Of a DNA stretch of 64,000 nt, positions 1 through 14,026 are shown in pieces. Position 1 is the stretch's first letter. The number at the start of each line of letters is the position of its first letter. The translations under genes and the position numbers were made by a program. Source of the stretch: Octopus vulgaris (lineage: Eukaryota); NCBI GenBank assembly GCA_951406725.2, contig OX597820.1, forward strand, positions 38,874,001 through 38,938,000, given 5' to 3'. The notes beneath the pieces are model-generated. The model was not told where the DNA came from. It ran no database searches and worked only from the letters and a program-made list of their open reading frames with translations.

Positions 1-299
1 TTCTGTTGATTGGATCAACTGGAACCATCGTCGTCGTAACCGAAGGAGTGTCGTCCCACTCTCGCCTCCTCCACCTCCCAAAAACATCACACCACACCAC
101 ACCACACTACACCATACAACATTACACATCACATCACAACACACCACCCACACACCCCTCCGCACATTTTCACACCTTCACATACATACGCGCACACGTC
201 CATACATACTCTCTTATACACACACGCACCTTCGAGTTGGGGTCATCTTCACTTTGTTATCTCCCCTACTTTCCTCCTCGTGTGTGACCCTTCTGTCCG

Positions 300-510
300 A
301 GTCAGACGCCATGATAGATCTTTAGCCACTACACACATTTTTTTTCTCTCCTTGTTCCTCTCCTTGTTTTCTGTGTCCCTTTCTGTAGAAGATAGTAGGC
401 TCGAAACGTAAAAGCTTTTTCTATTCCTGAGCGTTATACTAATACATCTGTTTGTTTTGTACACCACCCGTCTTCGTCTTTTGTTTTTTCCTTAAACTCT
501 CCCTATATAT
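300..510 (+). mobile_element. Penelope-type pLTR-like terminal fragment carrying a hammerhead-like motif (379-414)
   Basis: cttt-CTGTAGA-A-gatagtaggctc-GAAAC-GTA-aaag followed by a pyrimidine-rich tail ending in (TA)n. Related motifs occur at ~4025-4055 (decayed) and 50144-50177 (minus). Confidence 0.5.
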
Positions 511-1099
511 ATACTCATAAACATATGTAGGTAATATTGTTTCTTTTTATGTTCACTTTCAATAAAAAAAAATTGTACAATGATTTGAAGTATTAGTCTA
601 TAATATTGTAGAGTACAAATTTATTATTCTTATACAAAAATGTTGTTTTCAGTAACTTCGAAGTTTATATAGTTGGTGAGTTCTTTGTTTGAATATATTT
701 CATTTGGTTACACCACGCATAATAATTCTATTCATTGATAAACAGACAAATATATTTTTCAATATTCGTTTGTACTCAGCACTTTGCTTATACCTTGGTG
801 TGACTATTGTCATAAAATTAGTTATATATGTAGAGCGTGTTTGCATCTGTTTCAGAGGAAACTATTCAATGGAAATATGTCTCTGTGAAAGGTAGAACAT
901 AGAAACACAATAAAACATTAATACGATATATAGGAAAGAAAGTCAATGACTATTGTATGTACACAAAGAAAACAGAATCACATGCTATATATGCAGATGC
1001 TTTGCATTCATGCATCAGGACATTTATCGCATTAAATACAGAGGCCAAATAAGAATTATGAATACGTACACATTTCTTCACGCGAGCCAGCTGAGTTGA

Positions 1100-1290
1100 A
1101 AGTATGTATGTATATATGTATGTATGTACGTACCTATGCATGTATGTATGTATCCATGTATATATTTTGGTTTGTTTGTATGTATGTATGCATGTATGTA
1201 TGTATGTATGTATGTATGTATGTATGTATGTATGTATGTATGTATGTATGTATATATGTATGTATGTATGTATGTATATATGTATGTATG
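1100..1290. repeat. (TATG)n microsatellite (second tract at 1393-1465)
   Basis: Direct reading; explains the MYVC/HTYI ORFs. Confidence 0.95.
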
Positions 1291-1865
1291 TCATTGTTTA
1301 CCTTTATTTCTTGCCAGTAGAGAAAGAACCGGTTTCCAACCAAGATACAAGGCTCCTCCATGGAATTTCAGCATCAACAACAGGGTATTTTCGTATGTAT
1401 GTATGTATGTATGTATGTATGTATGTATGTATGTATGTATGTATGTATGTATGTATGTATGTATATGTATATATTTGTATGTTTTGCTTTATGTAAGTAT
1501 TCTCATGCATGTAGTTGCATAACAAGACATGCTCGTATATATATTTAAATGATAAACGTCCGGAAAGTCTTACAAACTTTTACAGTTCCAGTGACGCATT
1601 GGATTTGTAGTTTTCGAATTAACCTTCTCCTTTCTGGTTTTGAGAAGCCTAACTTCTTAAGTTTGCTATTTAGACAGTGTGTTTCATATACTAGGGCCGC
1701 AATAATTACAGATATACACCTGGACTTTTAATCTGATAGAGTAACTTCAGATTTCTCAATAGTTCGGCGTAGGTATTCTCTTTTTCACAGATCTTCAGCT
1801 TTATGTTAACATCAGCTGAGCAGCTAATTTCAACAACTGTACACAGTTTCTCTTCTCAGCCCAAA
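1291..1865 (-). mobile_element. 3' end of an RLE-type (R4/NeSL-like) non-LTR retrotransposon, decayed
   Basis: Minus-strand translation pieces EEKLCTVVEISCSADVNIKLKICEKENTYAELLRNL ... VIIAAL ... KLGFSKPERRRLIRKLQIQCVTGTVKVCKTF match an RLE C-terminus. The 3' UTR ends in (TACA)n. A second copy lies at 37514-37890. Confidence 0.7.
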
Positions 1866-1869
1866 TCAC

Positions 1870-3815
1870 TATATCAGGTTTATTGTGCTTACATTTTATT
1901 GCGGTCTTCGCTGGGATATTCCACAAGTACTCCATGGGCCCCTCAAACGATATGTGGAATTGTAGATCAAATTTAGATGGATAGATTAGAGGTGCAAGGA
2001 AAGCGATGCCATTTGCTGCTCCGAGAGATTGACGAGAACCAAAAAATCATCTCGATGATTGCTATTTTTGCACGGTTGTTATATCAAAGTAAAGAATTAA
2101 GGGAAGAGAAGCCCTTTTTTATCCGAGCATTCAATCCTCCATTACACCTGTGCCACATGATAACCTACCGGTTCGCCGGCCACCAGAAAATGTTAGTACA
2201 TCCTATTAAAGTGTTAATAACTAATTTAAATTTCATGCATGGTAACAGAATCAATATTGAAATAATATGTGATTAGACATAAAATTCTTATTAAGGTTTC
2301 AACTATTAAATGCAGCATTTAAAATTTTTCAGGTTGAGGATATGATGGAGATCTCAGCAGGAGAGTTTCAAGTTGGCAACAATGAAAAAGGGATGAAATA
2401 GTTGAACCAGGAACAAGTATCCGTCAACACTTTCCAGATCAAAGTGAGCTGGGTGATCTCATTAGGGACTTGGGTCTCAGTAAGTCAGGAGCTGAGCTTT
2501 TAGTATCCAGGCTGAATGAATGGAATCTCTTGGGGAAGGACTGCAGATTAACAGTATACAGGAGGAACCATGAGAAATTGGAAGTATACTTTAACAGCTT
2601 ATTTATAGCTATTAGAATTGATAACAACCCTGAAAAATGTTGAGTTTTCATAGATAGCTCAACAAAAAGCCCCAAGGCCGCTTTATTACACAATGTAAAT
2701 CAGCATACCTGCCTATTGCATACTCAGTACAGATGAATGAAGAATATGACAATATAAAAGAGCTTCTTGGGAAAGTAAACTATATGTTTAAATGGGATGT
2801 TTGTTGTGACTTTGAAATGCTTGCATTCTTACTTGGATTACATGGTGTGTACACTAAGTATTCGTGTTTTCTTTGTCTGTGGGACAGTAGGGCTGATCAT
2901 TAACATCGTGAGAAGGCTGAGTGACCCCCACGAGATGACCTCCACCCAGAAAAGCTAAATGTTATAAGACAACCTCTTGTAGAACCTGCAAAAGTGTTGT
3001 TACCTCCACTTCTCATAAAGCTAGGTTTGGTAAAATAGTTTGTAAAGTCATGGTGGAGAAGCATTTCAAGAAATTCGTCTATTCTTTCCAAATCTTTCCA
3101 AAGCTATCTGAGGCAAAGTTTAAGGGTGGTACATATACTGGACTACAAGTAAAAAAATGCTGAGGTTAGTAATACTTGAAAATGTGATGAGTGATATAGA
3201 AAGAGAGGCATGGTGTGAATTTCGAGATATTTTCAATGGATTCCTTTGTGATAACAAAGACCCAAACTACAAGCAGCTCATAGCAAAACATATTGAGAAT
3301 TATACGAATTTAGATTGTAGGATGTCATTAAATGTAGAAGTTTTGCATTCGCATCTCCAATTTTTCGTGAAAACTTAGATGGAGTGAGGAGCATGGTGAG
3401 AGATTCCATCAGTATATTGTTACAATGGAGAAAAGATACCAAGGAAGATGGGACACTGAAATTATACGAACTATATATGGTCATTGGTGCGTACAGATAT
3501 GAGCTCACAGTAGGAGAGCATGATCTTCGGTGCATTTCTAGTAAATTCTTATAATCTCTACATAGTTTTGCATACATTTCTAATTACTATAAAAATAAAT
3601 ATTAGGACAAAATTTGTTTAGCTCCTATTAATGTACAATGTGAATAAGTTGAATAAAGCCGTATCGCAGATACCTTTTGTTTCCATTCTGTAGAAGACCA
3701 CAATTATCTCCTAAAATATCGACGCCATGCAATTTTCAAGGGTAGTTTTTAAATTACGAGAAACAATACTTTAGAAGCACTAAAAGCATTTAGAGTAGCA
3801 AAACTTGTTACAGTG
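1870..3815 (+). mobile_element. Decayed Chapaev3-like (CMC; Transib/RAG1-related) DNA transposon
   Basis: Fragmented motifs PWAP, REPKNHLDDCYFC, PVPH, SELGDLIRDLGLSKSGAELLVSRLNEWNLL, FIDSS, YTKYSCFLCLWDSRA, LLPPLLIKLGLVK, MSL..LHSHL, EHGERFHQ, MEKRYQGRW, with many stops and frameshifts. The right end reads ...AAAACTTGTTACAGTG at 3815. Confidence 0.75.
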
Positions 3816-4243
3816 TTATTTATTCTCAATTACACATATTTCATTTTCTAAGAGGAATTACACATTTTTGCATAATAGATAAAGGGTTGGCATTTACTGT
3901 TACTACCTATATGAATATATACAATTATATATATATATATATATATATAGTTATGTCTCTATATGCGTATATATATACATATATAGACGTACATTCGTTA
4001 TCACTCCATTTTTTCCTCCCAAACCTTTGTATAAAAGAGCGTAGGCATGAAACTTCACAGACTTTCCCATACATTCAGAGTGTCAACTTAAATACTTGCT
4101 TGTTGTTCCCTCACCTGTGTCCATCATTTGTTTACTGCAAATTTGAAGTATATATATATATTGGTGCGTATGTGTATGTATACATATGTAAATACACACA
4201 CACCCACACACACCCATATATATATATATGTATTTAGAGATGA

Positions 4244-4296
<53 letters not shown>

Positions 4297-4327
4297 AACA
4301 TCCAAACACTTGCAAAGAAGGTTTTGA

Positions 4328-4381
4328 AACCACCTGAAGAATGTCTCATAGAAGTGCTGACACGAAACGATCGTAGTGGTT
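4328..4381 (+). ncRNA. Minimal type I hammerhead ribozyme motif
   Basis: Stem I aaccac/gtggtt; core CTGAAGA; stem II tgtc/gaca with an A-C mismatch at its base; GAAA; palindromic stem III ACGATCGT; cleavage triplet GTA. Confidence 0.75.
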
Positions 4382-4483
4382 ATTTTAATTATATTTAATT
4401 TATATAAAATTTTTTATGTATTGGCTTAAGTCTTTCTTTGTTTGATTTGCATAATAGTGATTTTGTCTCTAATTAATATAATA

Positions 4484-4536
<53 letters not shown>

Positions 4537-4784
4537 TTTATAATTAGGGTTCAGCAAAGATTTGCTTCACCACATACCGAAGTTTAGAAATAGCAGTAAA
4601 AAAAAACCCTATCTATTCCTTCTACTTTAAAAGGGACTCCCAGAAAAACCAAAGTATATTCATTTTTATACCTATCAATCTATCCACCTATGTATGTATG
4701 TATGTATGTATGTATGTATGTATGTATGTATGTATGTATGTATGTATGTATGTATGTATGTATGTATGAGTGTGTGTATGTATG

Positions 4785-4869
<85 letters not shown>

Positions 4870-5262
4870 GACTGTCTGTTTGTTTGCCTGTTTGCCTTTA
4901 TGTCTGTCTGCCAGTCTACCTTCCGGTCTACAGAGTGACAGTCTGTCTATCTTTTTTCAGTATCAACATGTACGTATGTTTGTATGTATGTATATTAACA
5001 AAAATACATTTAGTTTTTTATTGTTGCATTTGTCATAAATGGACTCGAGTGATTACCATAGTAACATTGTTCCTCCATTGGATATATAGCACTTGGAAAA
5101 GTGGAATTGTCCAGAATTCAAGTGGGTAGGTGTGTGCCTGATGTGAGCTTTTGTACCTGACCTTCCAATGATAAGTCTAGCATAGATATAAAAGTAGAGA
5201 ACCGTTTTCCCAGAAAGCCATAAACACAGGAAGACGTTCAGTAAGAATTCCATATATATGTA

Positions 5263-5294
5263 TAATAATAATAATAATAATAATAATAATTATA

Positions 5295-5325
<31 letters not shown>

Positions 5326-5489
5326 TTATAATAGTAATGATAATAATTATAATAGTAATAATAATAATAATAATAATTATAATAGTAATAATAATAATAA
5401 TAATTATTATTATAATAGTAATAATAATAATTATAATAATAATAATTATAATAGTAATAATAATAATTATAATAATAATAATAATAGTA

Positions 5490-5575
<86 letters not shown>
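5263..5575. repeat. (TAA)n microsatellite (duplicated at ~7945-8261)
   Basis: Direct reading; explains the poly-N/I/Y ORFs. Confidence 0.95.
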
Positions 5576-5577
<2 letters not shown>

Positions 5578-6826
5578 ACTGTCCAAAATAGATAGGAAAA
5601 CAAGAAAAATACTGACAGGATCTAGGATGCATCACCCAAAATCTGACATAGAAAGACTATATATACAACGTATAGAAGGTGGTAGAGGCCTTATACAGCT
5701 GGAAAACTACTATAAAATAACCACCATAGGACTGCAAAAATACCTACTTCAGAAGGAAGGAAAACTGATCCAGATAGCAGCAAAACACGAGCAAAACAAA
5801 AAACTGTTCTCAGTATTTAAGGAAGCTGACAAATACAAACAAGAAATCATACCACCTAATAAACACAAAGAAGAAGAAGAAGATGATGAAGAAACAACAA
5901 AAGCTATAAAACAAATGAAATCCAAACTAAAAATAGAACAGCAACGAGCCATGATAAAACGATGGCAAGAAAAACCCTTTCATGGTAAATACTGCACTAA
6001 ACTAAACGCAAAAGAAATAGACAAAGAAAAATCCCAGCAATAGTTGAGAAGCTCAGGACTCAAAGCAGAAACAGAGGGATTTTTAATTGCAGCACAAGAC
6101 CAAAGCCTCCCCACCAGAAATTACCAAAAACATGTAATGAAAAGAAATATTACAAGTAACTGCAGAATATGTGGAGATGGACAAGAAACAATAAATCATA
6201 TTATCTCTAGCTGCCCAGTCCTGGCTAAGAAGGAATATATTCACAGACATGACAGAGTTGGAACCTACATACATTGGAAGCTATGCCAACATTATGGAAT
6301 AACAACAGAAAAAAGATGGTATAGGCACACACCAGAAAAGGTCACAGAAAACGAGAAAGCAACCATACTCTGGGATATGCCGATACACACAGATAGAGAA
6401 ATTAAGGCCAACAGACCAGATATAGTTGTCAGAGATCATGAAGAAAAAAATGTTTTCTAATTGATGTATCAATACCGGCAGATGACAACGTGTCTCTAAA
6501 AGAAATGGAGAAACTCTCAAAATACAAAGACCTGGAAATAGAGGTAACTAGAATGTGGAACCTGAAAACAGAAACAATTCCTATCATAGTAGGTGCATTA
6601 GGCATGATAAAAAAATATTCAGACAAATACATAACAAAAACACCAGGACTTACAAACACATATAACATACAGAAAATTGCACTACTAGGCACTGCACACA
6701 TCCTACGCAGAACACTTTCCATACAATAACCATCAGAGCATCACAACAAATCACAGCACATACCCAAGGCACGCAGAGCTGCGCTCGGTAGTGTAGTGAA
6801 AGCACGCTATAAAAATAAAACTACTG
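5576..6826 (+). mobile_element. 5'-truncated R4/Dong-clade non-LTR retrotransposon (RT thumb, CCHC knuckle, RLE nuclease), copy 1
   Basis: Motifs IDRKTRK..RLY..GGRGL, AAQDQ, CRICG..ETINHIISSC, RHD, PDIV..(C)FLIDVS, KLSKYKDL, PIIVGALG. Stop TAG at 6041-6043 and a frameshift in the A7 run at 6444-6450. Flanked by TAA repeats on both sides. Confidence 0.9.
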
Positions 6827-7041
6827 AATAATAATAATAATAATAATATGAGGGAATATTATTTCAAACCTACAGGGAAAAATTCAATTTAGAAATACTA
6901 AATCAAATTTCACAAAATATATTATATATATATATATATATATATAAAAATTTGAAAAAACCCACCTTTCATCAAGTAATCTTTCTAAATGGTATAATTT
7001 AATTTTTCATTATCGAATTGATAAAAGGTGTTTTTTTCTAA

Positions 7042-7095
<54 letters not shown>

Positions 7096-7455
7096 GAACG
7101 GTTTGTTAAGCGGCGCCGGGTTTTACAATCCTGTAAATAATAATAATGGGACATATAAACCCTCGACTGAAAAAAAGGTTTTCCTATCCGCGTGGGACTC
7201 ATCCGTACATCCCTTTGTTAATGCAACTAAGTGTGTTCAAGAGCCTGGGAATAGGGGTGCAGCGGGTGCAACTGCACCCCTTGGAATTTTCAGGTGGTAC
7301 AAGATCAAAATTTGCACCTCCTACATAAATAGTGTCTAAAAAATTATCCATCCATCCATCCATCCATCCAAACCCACCAACCCACCCGCCCATCCATCCA
7401 TCCATCCATCCATCCATCCATCCATCCATCCATCCATCTATCCATCTATCCATCC

Positions 7456-7551
<96 letters not shown>

Positions 7552-7972
7552 GACTGTCTGTTTGTTTGCCTGTTTGCCTTTATGTCTGTCTGCCAGTCTA
7601 CCTTCCGGTCTACAGAGTGACAGTCTGTCTATCTTTTTTCAGTATCAACATGTACGTATGTTTGTATGTATGTATATTAACAAAAATACATTTAGTTTTT
7701 TATTGTTGCATTTGTCATAAATGGACTCGAGTGATTACCATAGTAACATTGTTCCTCCATTGGATATATAGCACTTGGAAAAGTGGAATTGTCCAGAATT
7801 CAAGTGGGTAGGTGTGTGCCTGATGTGAGCTTTTGTACCTGACCTTCCAATGATAAGTCTAGCATAGATATAAAAGTAGAGAACCGTTTTCCCAGAAAGC
7901 CATAAACACAGGAAGACGTTCAGTAAGAATTCCATATATATGTATAATAATAATAATAATAATAATAATAAT

Positions 7973-8008
<36 letters not shown>

Positions 8009-8171
8009 TATAATAGTAATGATAATAATTATAATAGTAATAATAATAATAATAATAATTATAATAGTAATAATAATAATAATAATTATTATTATAATAG
8101 TAATAATAATAATTATAATAATAATAATTATAATAGTAATAATAATAATTATAATAATAATAATAATAGTA

Positions 8172-8261
<90 letters not shown>

Positions 8262-8263
<2 letters not shown>

Positions 8264-9512
8264 ACTGTCCAAAATAGATAGGAAAACAAGAAAAATACTG
8301 ACAGGATCTAGGATGCATCACCCAAAATCTGACATAGAAAGACTATATATACAACGTATAGAAGGTGGTAGAGGCCTTATACAGCTGGAAAACTACTATA
8401 AAATAACCACCATAGGACTGCAAAAATACCTACTTCAGAAGGAAGGAAAACTGATCCAGATAGCAGCAAAACACGAGCAAAACAAAAAACTGTTCTCAGT
8501 ATTTAAGGAAGCTGACAAATACAAACAAGAAATCATACCACCTAATAAACACAAAGAAGAAGAAGAAGATGATGAAGAAACAACAAAAGCTATAAAACAA
8601 ATGAAATCCAAACTAAAAATAGAACAGCAACGAGCCATGATAAAACGATGGCAAGAAAAACCCTTTCATGGTAAATACTGCACTAAACTAAACGCAAAAG
8701 AAATAGACAAAGAAAAATCCCAGCAATAGTTGAGAAGCTCAGGACTCAAAGCAGAAACAGAGGGATTTTTAATTGCAGCACAAGACCAAAGCCTCCCCAC
8801 CAGAAATTACCAAAAACATGTAATGAAAAGAAATATTACAAGTAACTGCAGAATATGTGGAGATGGACAAGAAACAATAAATCATATTATCTCTAGCTGC
8901 CCAGTCCTGGCTAAGAAGGAATATATTCACAGACATGACAGAGTTGGAACCTACATACATTGGAAGCTATGCCAACATTATGGAATAACAACAGAAAAAA
9001 GATGGTATAGGCACACACCAGAAAAGGTCACAGAAAACGAGAAAGCAACCATACTCTGGGATATGCCGATACACACAGATAGAGAAATTAAGGCCAACAG
9101 ACCAGATATAGTTGTCAGAGATCATGAAGAAAAAAATGTTTTCTAATTGATGTATCAATACCGGCAGATGACAACGTGTCTCTAAAAGAAATGGAGAAAC
9201 TCTCAAAATACAAAGACCTGGAAATAGAGGTAACTAGAATGTGGAACCTGAAAACAGAAACAATTCCTATCATAGTAGGTGCATTAGGCATGATAAAAAA
9301 ATATTCAGACAAATACATAACAAAAACACCAGGACTTACAAACACATATAACATACAGAAAATTGCACTACTAAGCACTGCACACATCCTAAGCAGAACA
9401 CTTCCCATACAATAACCATCAGAGCATCACAACAAATCACAGCACATACCCAAGGCACACAGAGCTGCGCTCGGTAGTGTAGTGAAAGCACGCTATAAAA
9501 ATAAAACTACTG
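8262..9512 (+). mobile_element. R4/Dong-clade LINE fragment, copy 2 (part of the tandem duplication)
   Basis: Same sequence, stop (8727-8729) and frameshift as copy 1, with a few SNPs near the 3' end. Confidence 0.9.
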
Positions 9513-9723
9513 AATAATAATAATAATAATAATATGAGGGAATATTATTTCAAACCTACAGGGAAAAATTCAATTTAGAAATACTAAATCAAATTTCACA
9601 AAATATATTATATATATATATATATATATAAAAATTAGAAAAAACCCACCTTTCATCAAGTAATCTTTCTAAATGGTATAATTTAATTTTTCATTATCGA
9701 ATTGATAAAAGGTGTTTTTTTTA

Positions 9724-9804
<81 letters not shown>

Positions 9805-10161
9805 GAACGGTTTGTTAAGCGGCGCCGGGTTTTACAATCCTGTAAATAATAATAATGGGACATATAAACCCTCGACTGAAAAAAAGGTTTTCCTATCCGC
9901 GTGGGACTCATCCGTACATCCCTTTGTTAATGCAACTAAGTGTGTTCAAGAGCCTGGGAATAGGGGGTGCAGCGGGTGCAACTGCACCCCTTGGAATTTT
10001 CAGGTGGTACAAGATCAAAATTTGCACCTCCTACATAAATAGTGTCTAAAAAATTATCCATCCATCCATCCATCCATCCAAACCCACCAACCCACCCGCC
10101 CATCCATCCATCCATCCATCCATCCATCCATCCATCCATCCATCTATCCATCTATCCATCC

Positions 10162-10251
<90 letters not shown>

Positions 10252-12557
10252 TGTCTAGCGAATGTTTTAAAAAAAGATGGGTGAATGTAGCAAGAATGGC
10301 ACGTATGAATGACGAAGCCACCTTGAGCATAGTCCTATGAACCAGAAATCGAAAACAGAGAGTTGCTTATTTGCAAAAAAAAAAAAAAAAAAAGAAATAT
10401 AAAATGTGACTTCATTGACCGAGGTTACCGTGGTCTTTTCCGTAGGCTTTCTTTCACGGGTAAACCTCACCTCTCCCTACTCATTTGACATTTCTGTGAT
10501 AACGATCCCTATTGATCAATTTTTCCTCCCCCTTTTTTAACCCCTTTTTTTGTCCTCTTCTCTCCTTTTAGATCCTGATCGAAACTCCCTCCTTTTTTTT
10601 TTTTTTTTTTTCTAACCTTCAAAGAAAAGCTCTACCTTGTAATTTGTTCTTCTGGTATCTATCTATCTATCTATCTATCTATTAATGGACACGCATATAC
10701 CATATGTATTATGTGTGTGTTTGTATCTAGGCAGCTAGCTATTTTTCTGTGTATTTCTGTTTCATTTTTCTATATATACGTACGTTTATATGTAACTCTG
10801 GTTTGTTTTTTATGTCTAATATAATTGTACATACACAAATAAATACAGAAATTAATTCAATGGTATCTTTTACTACTTTCACATGGTTAGCTGCATCGCA
10901 TGTCATGTATGCGTGTACTGTAAATATAATACAAACTCAATAACTTGCTTATTATAAAAATACGTCAGACGTTAGCTAATGCCGTTTGGTTAGTCGGGAA
11001 TTAAATTCAGAGACAGAGTCGAATTTTTTCACAGTGAAAAGAATACTGATATGGCGCATGTGTATGCAGCATTATTATCCTTTATTTTTAAATAAGTGTA
11101 TCTTTAAAGATTACTTGTATAACTGTCTAAGAATAAGCGTGTTTGACTACTCATACTCAACGTCGATAGTATTCGGCGAAGTTATTAGTAGGTTGGTTAA
11201 TATCACTCATATTTGCGCTTAGTGGGTGCATCCTTGAATGTCTAGACAGACGTGTTACTTGCATACATCGTATCCGTTACAGATTACTGCTTAACAGTCG
11301 TGGCTATAGGGAGTTTACACCTGAACAGATGAAAATATTAGTTCTCTTAATTATCGTAAAGCAACCCATCTTTTGCCGAGCTGAACTGAAGATATTTAAG
11401 CTGGAGGTCTTCTGTTCTACATAATTCTAACTATTTCAGAAATCAATTGCCTAACATAGTTATAGCATGAGTATTATTTGGTCAGGTGGAAACGTTCCCG
11501 CAGAAGAAGCTGAAATGCTGTAGATTGGGCTGTCCGAAGTTGATGTTCATCAAGATTAGTGATTAAGAAAATTATTGTTGGTCTATTAGCTATCGATTAC
11601 AATTTATAAAACATTGGCAGGTAACTTCATTAAGTATATTTTCATTTATTTTTACTATGTAAATTTTCCTTTCCTTCTCTCTTCATTTCCTCAGTGATTT
11701 AATTCTAAGCTATCACTGTATTAATATTTCATTTAGAATGATGATATCTAACAAAGCTGAAATAAATCAGGAGTTAGTACCTAAATTCCAGAGTCATATT
11801 CTAACGTCTTAAAATAGAAAATTATTGTTGGTCTATTGGAGATCGATATATAAAAAAGAAGCATCGGCAGGTAACTTTTGGATTTTCTTTGATCATAGTT
11901 CGATCTAGATTATACCGGCTTAAGATTAAACATACCAACAATACAACCGCTGACAAAAGCCATAAAGTAGAAATGCACACTTACTGATCCACAATTTATC
12001 ATATACAGTTATACCTACAAAAAAGAAAAGAATATCAATTCAAAATATAATGGTATTGCTAATCATGCATGTACATGCGCATCGTCAATATTCTTTTGGT
12101 GCAGATTTAAGTCAAACGTTTCTATAAACGAAGTTTGCTGACTATCCACACGGCAATAACGAACATTTGAATTGTGTTAATACTAAGCACAGTATTGCAT
12201 TTATATTTGCATATCTTTGCATACATTCATATACAAGACATGTAATGTCACTATCTTTGCGGTAAACTGTTGTTAGATACCGATGCACTAAAATAAAGTA
12301 CATATTTATTCATGTATATATAATTATGTTAGGCATAAGGAGGGAAAAGTCGAGGTACATGTATAAAGCTTTATAAAATTGTGGAAGGGAAAATGGAGAA
12401 ATAAACACTGAGAGATAACAAGGTATAAGTAGAGATACAGAGAAGGAATCACATGCACTCACGTCTCAGTGTGTCTGTGTCTTAGTGTGGGGCGTGATTG
12501 TATGTGTACGTCTGTATGAATATACGTATTCATCTGTGTAGATTCTTTTATATACAT

Positions 12558-12985
12558 ACTCTTTTGCTCTTTTACTTGTTTCAGTCAGTTGACTGTGGCC
12601 ATGCTGGAGCACCGCCCTTAATCGAACAAATCAACCCCAGGACCTATTCTTTGTAAACCTAGTACTTATTCTATCGGTCTCTGTTGCCGAACCGCTAAGT
12701 TACGGGGACGTAAACACATGAGCATCGGTTGTCAAGCGATGTTGGGTGGGACAAACACAGACGCACAAACATACACACGCACGTACATATATATAAATAT
12801 ATACGAGGGGCTCCTTTCAGTTTCCTTCTACCAAATCCACTCACAAGGCTTTGGTCGGCTCGAGGCAATAGTAGAAGACACTTGACCAAGATGCCACACA
12901 GTGGCTCCTAAAAGAAAGAAAGTGGGACTGAACCCAGAACCATGTGGTTGGAAAGCAACTTACCACACAGCCACTCCTACGCCTA
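12558..12985 (-). mobile_element. tRNA-derived SINE, family A
   Basis: Minus strand begins TAGGCGTAGGAGTGGCTGTGTGG (A box) ... GGTTCAGTCCC (B box) and is homologous to 47209-47617. Decayed copies lie at ~16100-16460, ~35380-35895 and ~50270-50465. Confidence 0.8.
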
Positions 12986-13654
12986 CGTACACATAAGCAC
13001 ACACTCACACAGCCTCACGGCTGCATGACGAGAATGCATTCTGATTTAGCAAAATGCAAGCAATTCTATGAGGTGATGTATTGGACTATACTATAATTAC
13101 CGGTACTTAATATGTACTTCATTTTATCGACTTCGAAGGACAACAGGCAAAACTTAGAGTGAATTGAAACCAGAATGAAAGAGCCGCGAAAAATACTGCG
13201 TGATGTTTTATCCAAACTTCAAACTCATTCTACCCGCTGGCCAAGCAACGTATTGACATACACGCCTCCCTTATATATATGTATGCATATATATCTATTT
13301 CTGTGTGCGTGTGTGTAGGGGGTATGTATGTCTTTGTCTGTAGTGATTGAACTCACGTACATAGATAGTCAGACACATGTTATTCATATTTTACAAACGA
13401 GAGCAAATGGTTCACTCTGTTGATGTTTGCCATTTCCTGCTAGATGTTTTTACTATTAAACATGTTTATAAGTTTCTAGAGAACTGTTGTTCTGTGGAGA
13501 AAGATCTGGTAATAATAGTTAGTGTGTTACCGAGGGATTTCGATGTATATAAAATGACAAGAGTCGGTAAGATTTGGAAGTCGAAGTGTGTTAATGGATG
13601 AGGTACTTAACCAGCCAGTTCGTCGGAACAAATGCCATTACAGCAGTGACAGCA

Positions 13655-14026
13655 GTGGAGGCGCAATGGCCCAGTGGTTAGGGCAACCGACTCGCGGTCG
13701 GAGGAGCGCGGGTTAGATTCCCAAACCGGGTGTTGTGTGTGTTTATTGAGCGAAAACACCTAAAGCTCAAGAGGCTCCGGCAGGGGTGGTGGCGACACCT
13801 GTTGTACTCTTTCGCTCCAACTTTCTCTCACTCGTTCTTCCTGTTTCTTGTCCCCGACTTCCTACGCAACCGCTGAGCCTGGATGCGCATTCATCCATCC
13901 ATCGATGCTCTTGGTGTCGGGGCTTGACCTGCTTTCTCTTCTGCGGGTCTTACGAATAGCAAAGGACCACGTTTCGGACTTCTCCCACTGGGACGAAGAC
14001 CGCTTCGCTCAACAAACAAACAAACA
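13655..14026 (+). mobile_element. tRNA-derived SINE, family C, with 13-bp target-site duplication
   Basis: Head GGAGGCGCAATGGCCCAGTGGTTAGGGC...GGTTAGATTCC; (CAAA)n tail; TSD agcagtgacagca at 13642-13654 and 14027-14039. Confidence 0.85.

Larger units (their letters stand above)
4870..10250 (+). repeat. ~2.68 kb tandem duplication (unit 1 ~4870-7551, unit 2 ~7552-10250)
   Basis: Near-identical units offset by 2682-2686 bp, bounded by (TATC)n tracts at ~4787-4869, ~7455-7551 and ~10160-10250. Confidence 0.95.

Noticed and set aside
5258-5575. Poly-Asn N-terminus fused to the LINE ORF
   Set aside because: Chance in-frame read-through of the TAA target microsatellite.
13655-13735. tRNA-like sequences here and at 47209 and 16038
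   Set aside because: No full cloverleaf; they continue into SINE bodies with tails, and the 13655 copy has a TSD.
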